Shown here piece by piece: positions 52,099-61,948 of a stretch of DNA of 64,000 nucleotides. A model generated the notes under the pieces. The model saw only the letters and a program-made list of their open reading frames with translations, was not told where the DNA came from and searched no databases. Within the stretch, counting starts at the first letter, position 1; every line of letters starts with the position of its first letter. The position numbers and the translations under genes were made by a program. The stretch is from Thermoanaerobaculia bacterium (GTDB lineage: Bacteria; Acidobacteriota; Thermoanaerobaculia; Multivoradales; Multivoraceae): the NCBI GenBank assembly GCA_963664405.1, contig OY761158.1, positions 3,968,001-4,032,000 on the forward strand, written 5' to 3'.

Positions 52099-52271
52099 AC
52101 CAGCGTTTCCAAAGTCCGTGTACATAGGTCGAGGTCATTCTGTTCGCTGGCCAGGCGCGCCGACGCAGGCATATTGGGCAATATGTCGAGGAGCGCGGGG
52201 GCGCCCAGCCAACGCCGGCAGCGGGCAGAAGGGGCCGAGATATGTGCGCGAACTTTGGAAACGCTGGTCTA
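52095..52271 (+). repeat. Palindromic MITE-like element 1
   Basis: 31-bp terminal inverted repeat starting TAGACCAGCGTTTCCAAAG; core shared with 58751-58918. Confidence 0.85.
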
Positions 52272-52994
52272 AAGCTCGCTGAGCCAATCTCGGGCCAGGC
52301 GGCAGGACGGATTGAGCTCCAGTGCCCGCTGCCAGTCGGCACGGGCGTCTTCGCTTCGCCCCAGCTCGAAAAGCGCGCGACCTCGTAGAAGGAGAGCAGG
52401 CTCGAGGCTCGAGTCGATCTCCAGCGCGTGGTTCACCAACTCGAGTCCTCGTTCGAGATCCTTGGGACCGCGACCCGGCCGCAGCAGGTCGGGCTTGGCC
52501 GAGCTGACCCAAGCGCGGGCGTTGCTTCGATCGAGCTCGAGGGCGCGGGCCGCTGCGGACTCCATCCTGCTGCGGTACTTCTGTCCTCTGAACTTCGACC
52601 GGATGAGTGTACCGACTAGATCGGCACGGATGCGCTGTGTCTCCGAGGTCTCGCCGAGGTCGGCGAGAAGATCGAGGCCCTCTTGGGCCGCCGCGTCGAT
52701 GCGCTCGCCGATCTCTCTACGCAGTGACTGCTCCTCGGTCGGTGTTTCTTCGAAGTCGATGCGCTCGAGCTCGGCAACGAGGAGGGCCGCTTCGACACGA
52801 ACACGGTCGCCTCGGTCTCCTGAGGCCTGGATGCTCGGTGTGCGGAGAGCCTGAAGAGTGTCCTTCGCAGCCTCGAGGTCGTAGGTCTGACGAGCTGTGT
52901 GAATTCGCTTGGCTTGCTCCTCTAGGAAGTCGGTCGCGCCGGCTCCGAGGCTGCCGGCGCTAAGAAGAGCGGCTCCAAGGAACTGAGCCCTCAT
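52269..52994 (-). CDS. TPR-containing secreted protein
   Basis: Repeated ALELD/ALELNP TPR signatures. Confidence 0.75.
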   Translation of the reverse strand: MRAQFLGAALLSAGSLGAGATDFLEEQAKRIHTARQTYDLEAAKDTLQALRTPSIQASGDRGDRVRVEAALLVAELERIDFEETPTEEQSLRREIGERIDAAAQEGLDLLADLGETSETQRIRADLVGTLIRSKFRGQKYRSRMESAAARALELDRSNARAWVSSAKPDLLRPGRGPKDLERGLELVNHALEIDSSLEPALLLRGRALFELGRSEDARADWQRALELNPSCRLARDWLSEL

Positions 52995-55159
52995 GAGCGG
53001 GACCTCGGAGCTGTCCAACGGACGAGCGCGGGAAGAAAGGTGAGGTCGGTCAATAGAGCAGTGACCAGCGCCAGAATCGAAAGCAAGGCGAAGAAGTGAA
53101 TGGGCACGAAGCTGGAGCCGAGGAGAGCGGCAAACCCGGCCGCGGTTGCCACCGTAGTGATGCAGAGAGCTGGGCCTACGGTCTCTGCGGAGCTGAGCAG
53201 AGCGCTCTCCGCCGATGCGCCTTGGCGCAATTCGGTCTGGGCCGCGGTGAGTAGATGGACAATGTCGTCAACGGCGATGCCGAGGGCAACGCCGGCGACC
53301 ATGACTGTGCCTGGATCGAGGGGAATCTGTTTGGCGGCCATATAGGCGAATACCAGGGTGACGGGAAGAAGATTCGGCACGATGGAAAGCGTCGTCAGGC
53401 GCAGCGACCTGAGCCCGAGTAGGATACAGAACAGAATCAGAACTGTCGCCAGAGCGAGGCTCTTGAGCTGCGAGCTGATGATCCGACTCTGTGCCCGGAC
53501 CAGCTGCAGGGTCAATCCGGTAGCGGCGGCGTCGCGCAGCCCGGCTGCCGCGGCCGCCGACTCGGCTTGGTTGGCGAGATCGAGGAAGGGACCGGAGTCC
53601 ATAGTCGTCACTAGCGCGGTCAGGCGAACGAGTCTGCGGTCGTCGCTGACCAGGGCCCGGAGCTGTGCTTCCAGGCTCGGGTCGACATTGTCGAGAAGGG
53701 CCTGAGCCGCTTCTGCACCTTCCGGCAGACCATAGTGGGAGGGGTCGAGGTCGTGGTCCCACTGATTGAGCTTTCGCAGGACATCGAGCGGCGAGAGCAC
53801 GCGGGCTATCTCGGGATGTCTCTCGAGCTCCTCGCGGAGTCGGTCGAGGGCGACCCAGTTGACGGGATCGTGCAGAGGCTCCGCCAGCGGCAGGAGTATC
53901 TCTAAGGTGGACACGCCGGTGAGGCTCTTGCGCAGCTGGTCGTAGTCTTGGACGACACGCTCGTCGGAGTTGAGGAAGCGGAGTGGATTGGAGTCGACTC
54001 GTAACTGGGGAAGTACGGGAAGGCTGAGCAGAATCAGGGCGGCGAAGCTACCCCCAGAGAGGAGCGGGTGACGCAACGACGCGGAGACGAGGTGGCGGCT
54101 GAAACTGCTCGTCAAACGGTGACGGGGACGGTGAGCGGAGGCGGGTCCGAGGCCGATCAGGGCGCGGCCGAGAGTGAAGGTGACGATCAACGAGAGAATG
54201 AGCCCAACCGCTGTCAGGGCGCCGAAATTGCGGATCGGGGCGAAATCAGACGTGACGAGCGAGAGGAAGCCCGCAGCAGTGGTCAGCGCGGACAGGGTGC
54301 AGGGGCGAGCGACCTCGGCGACAGCTCTCCTGGCGGCTTTCTCACGGTCGCTTCCCTGCTGGCGGCCGTACGCGCTGAGAAGGTGGATTGCGCTGGATAG
54401 GGCGAGCACCCAGACCAGAGATGGAGTCGCGGTCGTTACCATCGTTATCGGCACGCCGGCCAGGCTGGCCGTGGCGAGGGTCAGGAGCAGTGTCATGCCG
54501 CCGCAAAGAGATGCGATCGCCACCGGACCCACCGAGTGAAAGAAGAGGAGAAGGGCGGCTGACGAGAGCACAGCCGCGAGCGGTAGCGAGCGAAGGAGCT
54601 CTCTAGAGGAGATACTGTCGAGGGCCGCGTTGAGGACCGGTGCACCGACCATCGAAGCGTCCAAGGAGAGTCGATCCAGCTCGGCGCGGATACTCTCGAC
54701 GATGTCTCTGCGAGCCTCAGGGGAGTCCCCGAGCTCGGTGGAAATAAAGAAGCCGAGGGTGTCGCCATCGTCTGACACCAGGAAGTCATCGTAAAAGGAC
54801 GTGGACTCGACCTCGTCTCTCAGGGCTTCGAGATCCTCACCTCCATAGACATCGCGGTAGAGGGTTGGCAGCGAAGAGACATAGCGAACGCCTCGGATCT
54901 TCTCGAGGCCCGTCACCAGATCGACCAGGCGGTCGAAGATGGGGGGCGAGAAGGGCGGCGAGACGGTGACTGCGGCGAGTACGAACTCGTCGCTACCGAA
55001 GGTCTCCCTCAGCTCTTCATAGGCGGCGGCACCGGGGTCGGAACCGCTGATCCACAGCTCGAATCTATTGTCCGTCTCCAGGTCGCGAAGCCGCGCCAGC
55101 GACAGTGTCGCCAGCGCGACATAGAGAAGGAGAGTCCACTGGCGTTGTCGACGCTTCAT
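52991..55159 (-). CDS. MMPL/RND family exporter
   Basis: FGSDE, TTAAGFLSL, GIAVDDIVH; two-repeat TM architecture. Confidence 0.88.
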   Translation of the reverse strand: MKRRQRQWTLLLYVALATLSLARLRDLETDNRFELWISGSDPGAAAYEELRETFGSDEFVLAAVTVSPPFSPPIFDRLVDLVTGLEKIRGVRYVSSLPTLYRDVYGGEDLEALRDEVESTSFYDDFLVSDDGDTLGFFISTELGDSPEARRDIVESIRAELDRLSLDASMVGAPVLNAALDSISSRELLRSLPLAAVLSSAALLLFFHSVGPVAIASLCGGMTLLLTLATASLAGVPITMVTTATPSLVWVLALSSAIHLLSAYGRQQGSDREKAARRAVAEVARPCTLSALTTAAGFLSLVTSDFAPIRNFGALTAVGLILSLIVTFTLGRALIGLGPASAHRPRHRLTSSFSRHLVSASLRHPLLSGGSFAALILLSLPVLPQLRVDSNPLRFLNSDERVVQDYDQLRKSLTGVSTLEILLPLAEPLHDPVNWVALDRLREELERHPEIARVLSPLDVLRKLNQWDHDLDPSHYGLPEGAEAAQALLDNVDPSLEAQLRALVSDDRRLVRLTALVTTMDSGPFLDLANQAESAAAAAGLRDAAATGLTLQLVRAQSRIISSQLKSLALATVLILFCILLGLRSLRLTTLSIVPNLLPVTLVFAYMAAKQIPLDPGTVMVAGVALGIAVDDIVHLLTAAQTELRQGASAESALLSSAETVGPALCITTVATAAGFAALLGSSFVPIHFFALLSILALVTALLTDLTFLPALVRWTAPRSRS

Positions 55160-55240
55160 GATCTTTTGCTCGGGCGATCGAGGCGGAGGAGGGGAGATTA
55201 TCGCGCCTCGTGATACCTTGCGCCGGCGGAGAGAGGTACC

Positions 55241-56287
55241 GTGCAGGCGCTGATTCTTGCAGGCGGCAGAGGAACCCGCTTTTGGCCGGCCAGTCGGAAA
55301 GGGAGACCCAAGCAGCTGCTCCCTCTGGTCGGCAAGGGAACCCTGCTGCGACAGACCTTCGAGCGGATGCAGCCGCTGACATCGGCGGCGAGCACTTGGG
55401 TGTGCACCAACCGCGATCTCGGCGAGCAGGTTCGCCGCGAGCTTCCGGAGATACCGGCGCACCAGATTCTTGCTGAGCCCGTAGGGAGGAACACGGCAGC
55501 GGCAATCGCTTGGAGCCTTGCTTCGATGACCGAGTCGCAGCTCGACGACGTAGTCGTTTCTCTGCATTCGGACAGTTGGATTACTGATGAGGACAGCTTT
55601 CGCGCGAGCCTGACCCTCGCCGTCGAGGCGGTTGAGGAGCGCGACTGCGTGATGGCTCTAGGCGTGCGGCCGCGCTGGGCGGAGATCGGCTACGGTTATA
55701 TAGAGACGGCGGAGACGGTAGATCGCGACAAGGGCCTGCTCCGTGTTTCCAGCTTCAGGGAGAAGCCGGACTCTTCGACCGCGAAGGAGTTCCTCGGCAG
55801 CGGAAGGCACTTTTGGAACTCGGGGATCTTCGTTTTTCGCGGTCGGACCTTGCTAGAGCATTTCAGGCGTTTGATGCCAGAGCTAGCCGCGGGTGTCGAG
55901 AAGGCGGTGGCAGGGACCGAAGACCTCGAAGCGGTCTACTCTTCGCTGCCGGCAGAATCGGTCGACACCGGGGTGATGGAGCGACTTGATGACTTGTACA
56001 CCATCGCTCTCGATTGTGGCTGGAGCGACCTCGGATCCTGGGAGTCGCTGGCGGAAGTGCTCGGCGCCGCCGACAGCGGCAATAGCACCCACGGTCGGGT
56101 CGTTGCGATCGACTCTCGGGACAACCTTCTTTACGGTCAGGGCGGCGCCATCGCGGTGCTGGGGGTCGAAGGCCTCGCCGTCGTGCATGCGGGTGATGCG
56201 GTTCTTGTAGTTCCCAAGTCGCGGTCTCAAGAAGTTCGTCTGATCGTCGAAGAGCTACGCCGCCGCGAGGACGAAGATCTTCTCTGA
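55241..56287 (+). CDS. manC: Mannose-1-phosphate guanylyltransferase
   Basis: ILAGGRGTRFWPASR..PKQ, EPVGRNTA, FREKP, WNSG, WSDLGSW. Confidence 0.93.
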   Translation: MQALILAGGRGTRFWPASRKGRPKQLLPLVGKGTLLRQTFERMQPLTSAASTWVCTNRDLGEQVRRELPEIPAHQILAEPVGRNTAAAIAWSLASMTESQLDDVVVSLHSDSWITDEDSFRASLTLAVEAVEERDCVMALGVRPRWAEIGYGYIETAETVDRDKGLLRVSSFREKPDSSTAKEFLGSGRHFWNSGIFVFRGRTLLEHFRRLMPELAAGVEKAVAGTEDLEAVYSSLPAESVDTGVMERLDDLYTIALDCGWSDLGSWESLAEVLGAADSGNSTHGRVVAIDSRDNLLYGQGGAIAVLGVEGLAVVHAGDAVLVVPKSRSQEVRLIVEELRRREDEDLL

Positions 56288-56289
56288 TC

Positions 56290-56970
56290 ATGCGCCCGCT
56301 GCTGTTGTGCACCAATGGAAGGGAGACGGATCTGGCCGGCGTGAGCCTGCCGCTCGATTTTGGGCAGCCGAGAGCTCCGCTCGAAGTAGAGATCGGCTTC
56401 GGCAAGGGTCGCTATCTGCTGGCTCGCGCCGCGGCCGATCCGGGGCGCCGCTTTCTCGGCATCGAGTCGGCGGCCTTTTACTACAAGCTGGTCAATCGAA
56501 GGGCCGTTCGTGGTGGGCTCCAAAACCTGACCACCCTCTGCGGTGATGCCTTGTACGTACTCTCGACCTGCCTAGCGCCCGGGAGTGCCGAGGTCGTCCA
56601 TGTCTACTTTCCGGACCCCTGGCCGAAGAGTCGGCATCACAGGAGGCGGCTCTTTGATGACAACAGTGTCGACTTGCTCTTGGGGCTTCTCTCGCCGACA
56701 GGGCGCCTGTTCTTCGCCACCGATCATCGGGAGTACGGGGAGGCTGTGGTGGATCTCCTGGCCAGCGAGCGCGGTGTGGAGGTCGAGTACATTCGGGAGG
56801 CTTGGCCGGACGGCCTGCGAACCAACTATGAGCTCAAGTATGAGGACGAGGGGCGCGACATTCTGCGCCTGGTCGTTCGCAGATCCGCAGGACTCCCTAC
56901 CTTGCTGAGCACGGCCCGAAAAGTTGCGCTCAGCGCCGGCATCTCGGGGGATGGGGCTCGAAATGTTTGA
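56290..56970 (+). CDS. trmB: tRNA (guanine-N7)-methyltransferase
   Basis: EIGFGKG, FPDPWPKSRH, ATD, TNYE. Confidence 0.92.
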   Translation: MRPLLLCTNGRETDLAGVSLPLDFGQPRAPLEVEIGFGKGRYLLARAAADPGRRFLGIESAAFYYKLVNRRAVRGGLQNLTTLCGDALYVLSTCLAPGSAEVVHVYFPDPWPKSRHHRRRLFDDNSVDLLLGLLSPTGRLFFATDHREYGEAVVDLLASERGVEVEYIREAWPDGLRTNYELKYEDEGRDILRLVVRRSAGLPTLLSTARKVALSAGISGDGARNV

Positions 56971-57427
56971 GCCGATTCGCCAGGGCGACATTCCGGGTGT
57001 GCAGACGAGGCATCGCTGCCTCTTGAGTGTGGGACCGCTGGAAGCGTGGGATTGGCTGACGGTCGCCGGCCGCCTCGAAGCCTGGCTGGCCCGGCGGGCG
57101 ACCTGCGAGCCCGGTGTCGGTGGGAGCCTGGTCTTAGAGCGGGAACGCGAGTCAGGAGAGGTTGTGGTGGAGACCGGCGTGATCCGTGCTTGGGAGCCCG
57201 GCTCGCTTCTGACCCTCGACTTCCGCTGTGACGATCCCGCCTGGGAGAGCACGACGCGGCTCGAGCTCACCCTGAGTACGACTGAGGAGGGGAGCGAGCT
57301 GATGCTCTTTCACGAGGGTTTTCAGCGACTGAGAATCTCTGCTTGTCTGACCCTCTGGGAGAGCTACCGCCGGCATTGGCCGCTGGCTCTGGCTAGGCTT
57401 GCCCAGGCGATCCGTGACTCCTCCTAG
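56963..57427 (+). CDS. SRPBCC/AHSA1-like protein
   Basis: AWDWLT..WL, TRLELTL, HEGF, terminal W..L helix. Confidence 0.7.
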   Translation: MFEPIRQGDIPGVQTRHRCLLSVGPLEAWDWLTVAGRLEAWLARRATCEPGVGGSLVLERERESGEVVVETGVIRAWEPGSLLTLDFRCDDPAWESTTRLELTLSTTEEGSELMLFHEGFQRLRISACLTLWESYRRHWPLALARLAQAIRDSS

Positions 57428-57510
57428 GAGCGTGTCCGAGAATTCGGACAGGCGAGTAGTTCTCAGGCGGGGATGGGCCGGAAAACGGGCCGAAGGCGCG
57501 TTTTCTGGGG

Positions 57511-58725
57511 CTAGGACCGGAACCAGCGTTCCCGGCTCAGCTTCTTGACTTCTTCGACACAGTCTCGGCGAGTGTAGACGCGGAAGCGATCGATACGGGT
57601 GAGGTGTTTGATGAAGTGACTGACGTCCTCCATGGGCTCCAAACCTCCGTCGCGATCTCGTACAAGGACTCGAGTCTCGCCGAGGCGATGGGGGTCTTTG
57701 GCGGAGTTCGATACCAGAAGGTCTCCGGGGGTGAAACGCTCTTCGAGAGTGCAGAGGAGGTCGCCGAAGCGAGCTCTCTCTTCGTTGCTCAGGTGCTCCC
57801 GGGTCTCGAAGGCGAGCAGATAGTGATTCCTATCGAGGATGGCCCGAGCGTGATCGCTCTTCGACTCCCGCATCGCTGACCAGACGGTCACGTCGTCCTC
57901 TTCCAGGAAGAGCATGGGATCTGCGGGCCAACGTATTTCTCTTGTCCTCAGCCACTCGTTTAGGTGGAGCTCGAGCACTTTGCCGGTGACGTTGAAGTAC
58001 ACCTGGGTGAACATGTAATAGCGAGCCAGGACCAAGGCTTCGAGGGCATGGACGCCGCCCTCGTCGATGCCGATATCCCACTCGCCGCTGACAGGGTCGC
58101 GCAGTGGCGTCATCGTCTCGAGGAGGCGGCCGAGGTCATAGCTGCCATAGCGCACGCCGCAATAGAGGCTGTCGCGAAGTAGGTAGTCCATTTTGTCGGC
58201 GTCGAGCTCGCCGGAAACGATCTGTGCCAAGAGGCGCTCAGCTTCGGCTCCACGCCCCGTCAAGATCCTTTTGACGCCGGCGAGGTCGATGCCGTCGGAA
58301 GCCTGCTCGAGCACCGTCGCGATCTCGGAGCTGTGCAGCAGCCTCACTGTCATGTCTTCGTGATTCAAGCCTTCCTCGAAGAGCTCTTCCGCGGAGTGAG
58401 AGAAGGGGGCGTGGCCGATGTCGTGGAGTAACGCGGCGATCCTCACTAAACGACGCTGTGGCGCGCGCTGGTCCGGTTCGAGAAGCTGTGGCTCCTTCTC
58501 CGCGAGGGCGTCGTAAACGCGACCCGCGAGCTCCATCGCTCCCAGGGCGTGGCTGAAGCGGGAGTGCTCGCCGCCAGGGAAGACGAGATGTGTCAGTCCC
58601 AGCTGCCGCACCCAACGCAGCCGCTGCATCGGCCGGGTCTTGACCAGCGCTGCTTCGAGCTCGTCCGCTCGTATATAGACGTGAACCGGGTCTCGTATCG
58701 AGAGGGCCGATCTTAGCTGCGGCAT
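57511..58725 (-). CDS. HD-domain phosphohydrolase (SAMHD1/dNTPase-like)
   Basis: IRDPVH, QRLR..QLG, HSRFSH, LLHDIGHAPFSH, DADKMDYLLRD. Confidence 0.92.
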   Translation of the reverse strand: MPQLRSALSIRDPVHVYIRADELEAALVKTRPMQRLRWVRQLGLTHLVFPGGEHSRFSHALGAMELAGRVYDALAEKEPQLLEPDQRAPQRRLVRIAALLHDIGHAPFSHSAEELFEEGLNHEDMTVRLLHSSEIATVLEQASDGIDLAGVKRILTGRGAEAERLLAQIVSGELDADKMDYLLRDSLYCGVRYGSYDLGRLLETMTPLRDPVSGEWDIGIDEGGVHALEALVLARYYMFTQVYFNVTGKVLELHLNEWLRTREIRWPADPMLFLEEDDVTVWSAMRESKSDHARAILDRNHYLLAFETREHLSNEERARFGDLLCTLEERFTPGDLLVSNSAKDPHRLGETRVLVRDRDGGLEPMEDVSHFIKHLTRIDRFRVYTRRDCVEEVKKLSRERWFRS

Positions 58726-58750
58726 GGATTCCGGGCCCCTGACAAGGGCG

Positions 58751-58918
58751 CTAGTGGACCGTAACACTCGAACGTTTAGTGGCTGAGTGAGTCATTCGTG
58801 GTCGAGATCAAGGCGCGCTGACGCAGGCATATCGGGGACTATGTCGAGGAAGCGTAACGCAGAGATCGGCCGCGAGGGCCGCTCGGGCGCTAAACGTTTG
58901 GGTGTTACGGTCCACTAG
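58751..58918 (+). repeat. Palindromic MITE-like element 2
   Basis: CTAG-bounded ~30-bp terminal inverted repeat TAGTGGACCGTAACAC..; core shared with element 1. Confidence 0.85.
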
Positions 58919-59583
58919 TTCAGGTCCGGGTGGGTACTGAGATCGCGGAAGGGCTGGAGAAGCTCGACGACCCGACGCCGGCTGCGCAGAATGGCCAGGA
59001 TGCGGTGGGTCCTCTCCGGAAGGTCACGGTTGAGTAGGTCGAGTTTGGCCAGGGCTGGAAGGTCGAGGTGGGCGGCTAGGCCATTGACTAGGTCCTCGGT
59101 TGGCAACCTGTCGATCTTGGCACCTCCGAATGCCGGCATGCGTCGGGTCGTCGCCTGGAGGAAGTGAAGCAGCTCGAAGAGATCCTCCCTCCAGCCCGAG
59201 ACCTCGGCCGTGCTTTCGGTCAGGCGGGAGTCCGGCAGCGGATCGACGATTGCGCGTCGATAGGGCTGTGCGCTCAACTCCCGAGTGATGTCGAAGCGGA
59301 ATTGACCCTCCAGTCGGATATTGGACGCACCGTCACGTAGGTGCTCGACATCCGCCAACAGACCCGCCGTACCCCTTTGGTAGATCGGCGGAGATGCCTC
59401 TATGCCGCCGCCGTGGCTGCGGGTCAATACGATGCCGATCAGCGGCTCGCCATGGGCCTGCTCACCGAGGTCGCGCACCAGAGCTCGATACCTTGGCTCG
59501 AAGACGTGCAGGTAGAGGTCCGTACGCGGAAAGTGAACCACGTCGGGTAGAGGGAAGAGGGGGATCGTCCTTTGGCCGGCCAT
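58915..59583 (-). CDS. LON peptidase substrate-binding domain protein
   Basis: IPLFPLPDVVHFP..LHVFEPRY. Confidence 0.9.
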   Translation of the reverse strand: MAGQRTIPLFPLPDVVHFPRTDLYLHVFEPRYRALVRDLGEQAHGEPLIGIVLTRSHGGGIEASPPIYQRGTAGLLADVEHLRDGASNIRLEGQFRFDITRELSAQPYRRAIVDPLPDSRLTESTAEVSGWREDLFELLHFLQATTRRMPAFGGAKIDRLPTEDLVNGLAAHLDLPALAKLDLLNRDLPERTHRILAILRSRRRVVELLQPFRDLSTHPDLN

Positions 59584-59632
59584 GGCGACAGCCTGATCCT
59601 AGCAGTCCTCTTCTCGCGGTACTCTAGCCTCG

Positions 59633-60505
59633 ATGTGGATCTCTGTACGAGGACCTCTCTACGCATCGCTCGGCATCCTCGTTCTAGCCCAATCGGGCGC
59701 GGCGCTGGCCGGGCACGCGCTAGCGGCGGCTGATCGAGCTTTTGAGCTGCGCGCAGAGAAGGTGGATGGCGACGTCGCTTCTTCACGGAATATCTGCGAA
59801 GCGATTACTCGTCTCGAGCAGACCCTTGCGCGTGACCAGGGCAATCTCGAAGCGAGCTGGAAGCTTCTGCGCGCCCTCTTCTATCGCGGCCAGTACACCG
59901 GCCTCGGCGAGGAGGAGCGCCAGTCCCTATATCGGGACGCAGTCGTCAGAGTCGAGGAGTCTCTCGACCGACTTCATCGTGGAGGGATGGCGGTTACCAA
60001 GTCGGCTGAGGATCTGGCGGCGGAGGTTCGAGGGCAGCCGGATGCGGTGGCTCTTCACTTCTGGGCGGCGGTCCATTGGGGGCTTTGGGGAGAGACGCAG
60101 GGTGCCCTGCCGGCGGTGCGCAAGGGGGTCGCGAAGCGAGTCCGGCGGCACGCCCAGGTTGCTATCGAGCTCGACGAGCGCTATGAGAACGGCGGCGGCG
60201 CGAGGGCTCTAGGGCGGCTGCATGCAATGGCTCCGAGAGTGCCGTTGATTACCGGCTGGGTGAGTCGAGAGCGAGCGGTCGTTCTACTCGATCGAGCTAT
60301 GGCGGTGGCTCCCGATGATTTTTTCAACCGGCTCTATCTTGGACAGGCCCTGATCGAGCTCTCTTCGGAGAGAGGTGCGGAGGGGGTGCAGATCTTGCGA
60401 CGGCTGGTCGAGGAAAAGCCCCGGCCCGAGAGTTTGTTGGAAGACCGCTTTGCCCAGCGCCAGGCGCGTGCCTTCCTCGATGGCCGCGACCGCCGCAAGA
60501 AGTGA
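59633..60505 (+). CDS. TPR-like secreted protein
   Basis: Signal peptide; HFWAAVHWG, YENGGGARALGRLH. Confidence 0.7.
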   Translation: MWISVRGPLYASLGILVLAQSGAALAGHALAAADRAFELRAEKVDGDVASSRNICEAITRLEQTLARDQGNLEASWKLLRALFYRGQYTGLGEEERQSLYRDAVVRVEESLDRLHRGGMAVTKSAEDLAAEVRGQPDAVALHFWAAVHWGLWGETQGALPAVRKGVAKRVRRHAQVAIELDERYENGGGARALGRLHAMAPRVPLITGWVSRERAVVLLDRAMAVAPDDFFNRLYLGQALIELSSERGAEGVQILRRLVEEKPRPESLLEDRFAQRQARAFLDGRDRRKK

Positions 60506-60550
60506 TCGCGATCGATTCTCCCGCCGGACGCAGAGCTCTACCCCGGCAGC

Positions 60551-61060
60551 TCAGTACCTCCAGACCCGCGGTGTCGGTGGCAGCTCGGCGAGCGCCTCAG
60601 CCGCGGTGCGGCCGGTGTGAGGCAGCAGCAGGTTTGGGCGCAGATCAACCAAGGGTTGGAGGACAAAGCGCCGCTGGGTGAGGCGAGGGTGGGGTAGCCG
60701 CAGCTCGGCGTTCTGCGAACGCGTATCGCCGTAGAGAAGAAGGTCGATGTCGAGCGGTCGAGGACCCAACCGGGGACCGGACCGTCGTCCAGCGGCGTAC
60801 TCGAGGCGCTTGGCGATGGCCAGCAGGTCTTCGGCCAGAAGTACGGTGGTGCCCAGGAGAACGGTGTTGAGAAAGAGGCCCTGGGAGATCTCAGACATCG
60901 GCTCGGACCGGTAGAGAGGGGCTACCTCTACGCCAGTCAGATGCCGGGTGAAGGAACAGATTGCGCGCTCGAACCAGACCTCTGGATCACCCTGGTTGCC
61001 TCCCAGCGCCAGAACAGCCAAGGGTCCGGACTTGGTGATTGAGGACTTGGCCAGGGTCAG
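60551..61060 (-). CDS. folK: HPPK (6-hydroxymethyl-7,8-dihydropterin pyrophosphokinase); start uncertain
   Basis: ALGGNQGD, YRSEP, FLN, GPRPLDIDLL, LPHPR..RRFVL. Confidence 0.9.
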   Translation of the reverse strand: MTLAKSSITKSGPLAVLALGGNQGDPEVWFERAICSFTRHLTGVEVAPLYRSEPMSEISQGLFLNTVLLGTTVLLAEDLLAIAKRLEYAAGRRSGPRLGPRPLDIDLLLYGDTRSQNAELRLPHPRLTQRRFVLQPLVDLRPNLLLPHTGRTAAEALAELPPTPRVWRY

Positions 61061-61197
61061 CTTTGGCGGCGTTGCTTCAGCGCGCGCAGTGTGTCGGTTG
61101 GGCGGGGAACGAAGCTCGTGACCGTCCAGCCTACCACGCGACATTGCTCGCTCCGGCTTCGCGAGAGGGTGATCGAGAGGCCTGATACCATCCTCGA

Positions 61198-61920
61198 GTG
61201 AGTGTCTTTTTGCGATCTTTCGCTCTCCTTGTCGCCTTCTTCGGCGTGGCGCTGACGAGTCTTCTGGCCGCCCAGGCGGTGCCGGATCCGAGTGACGCGA
61301 CATTGTCGTCGGTCGAGCGTTTGCGGGCCCTGGTGGAGCGCATGAAGCTGGAACAGGCGGGCTTTGGCACTCTGCAGGCGAAGTTCGAACAGAGTACAGC
61401 GAGCAACCTCTTGCTCGAGCCTGAGGAGTCGACCGGGACCTTCTTCTACCAAGCACCTGACAAGGTGAGATGGGAATACGACTCCCCGACTTCGAAGGTG
61501 ATAATCATCAATGGTGAGCACCTGCTTACGTGGTACCGGGATCTCGGGCGCGCCGAGCGCGTGCGAGTCGGTCGCTATTCAGATGCGGTCTTCAAGTACC
61601 TGGGCGCCAGCGGCTCGCTCGAGGCGCTGATGGAGTACTTCAGTTTGCGGGTCCGATTTCCGGAGACAGCGAAGGATCCGTATCGCCTGAGCTTGGAGCC
61701 TCGCTTTGCACGGGTCGAGAAGCGACTGCGAGGGATGAGCGTGACGATCGATGGTGGCCTCTTTGTTCCTCTTCGACTTGCTTACGAGGAGCCCAGTGGC
61801 GACTCCACCGAATACCGCTTCTCCGACTTCCAGATCAACGGAATTTTGTCCGCCGATCACTTCGAGCTTAGTGTTCCGCCAGAGGTCGAGCTTCGCGTAA
61901 TAGCCGGCAGGGGCGAGTGA
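61198..61920 (+). CDS. lolA: Outer-membrane lipoprotein carrier
   Basis: AKFEQ, GTFFYQAPDKVRWEY, F..PP C-terminus. Confidence 0.82.
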   Translation: MSVFLRSFALLVAFFGVALTSLLAAQAVPDPSDATLSSVERLRALVERMKLEQAGFGTLQAKFEQSTASNLLLEPEESTGTFFYQAPDKVRWEYDSPTSKVIIINGEHLLTWYRDLGRAERVRVGRYSDAVFKYLGASGSLEALMEYFSLRVRFPETAKDPYRLSLEPRFARVEKRLRGMSVTIDGGLFVPLRLAYEEPSGDSTEYRFSDFQINGILSADHFELSVPPEVELRVIAGRGE

Positions 61921-61948
61921 CGGGGCCCTACCGAGACCCCGAATCGAA

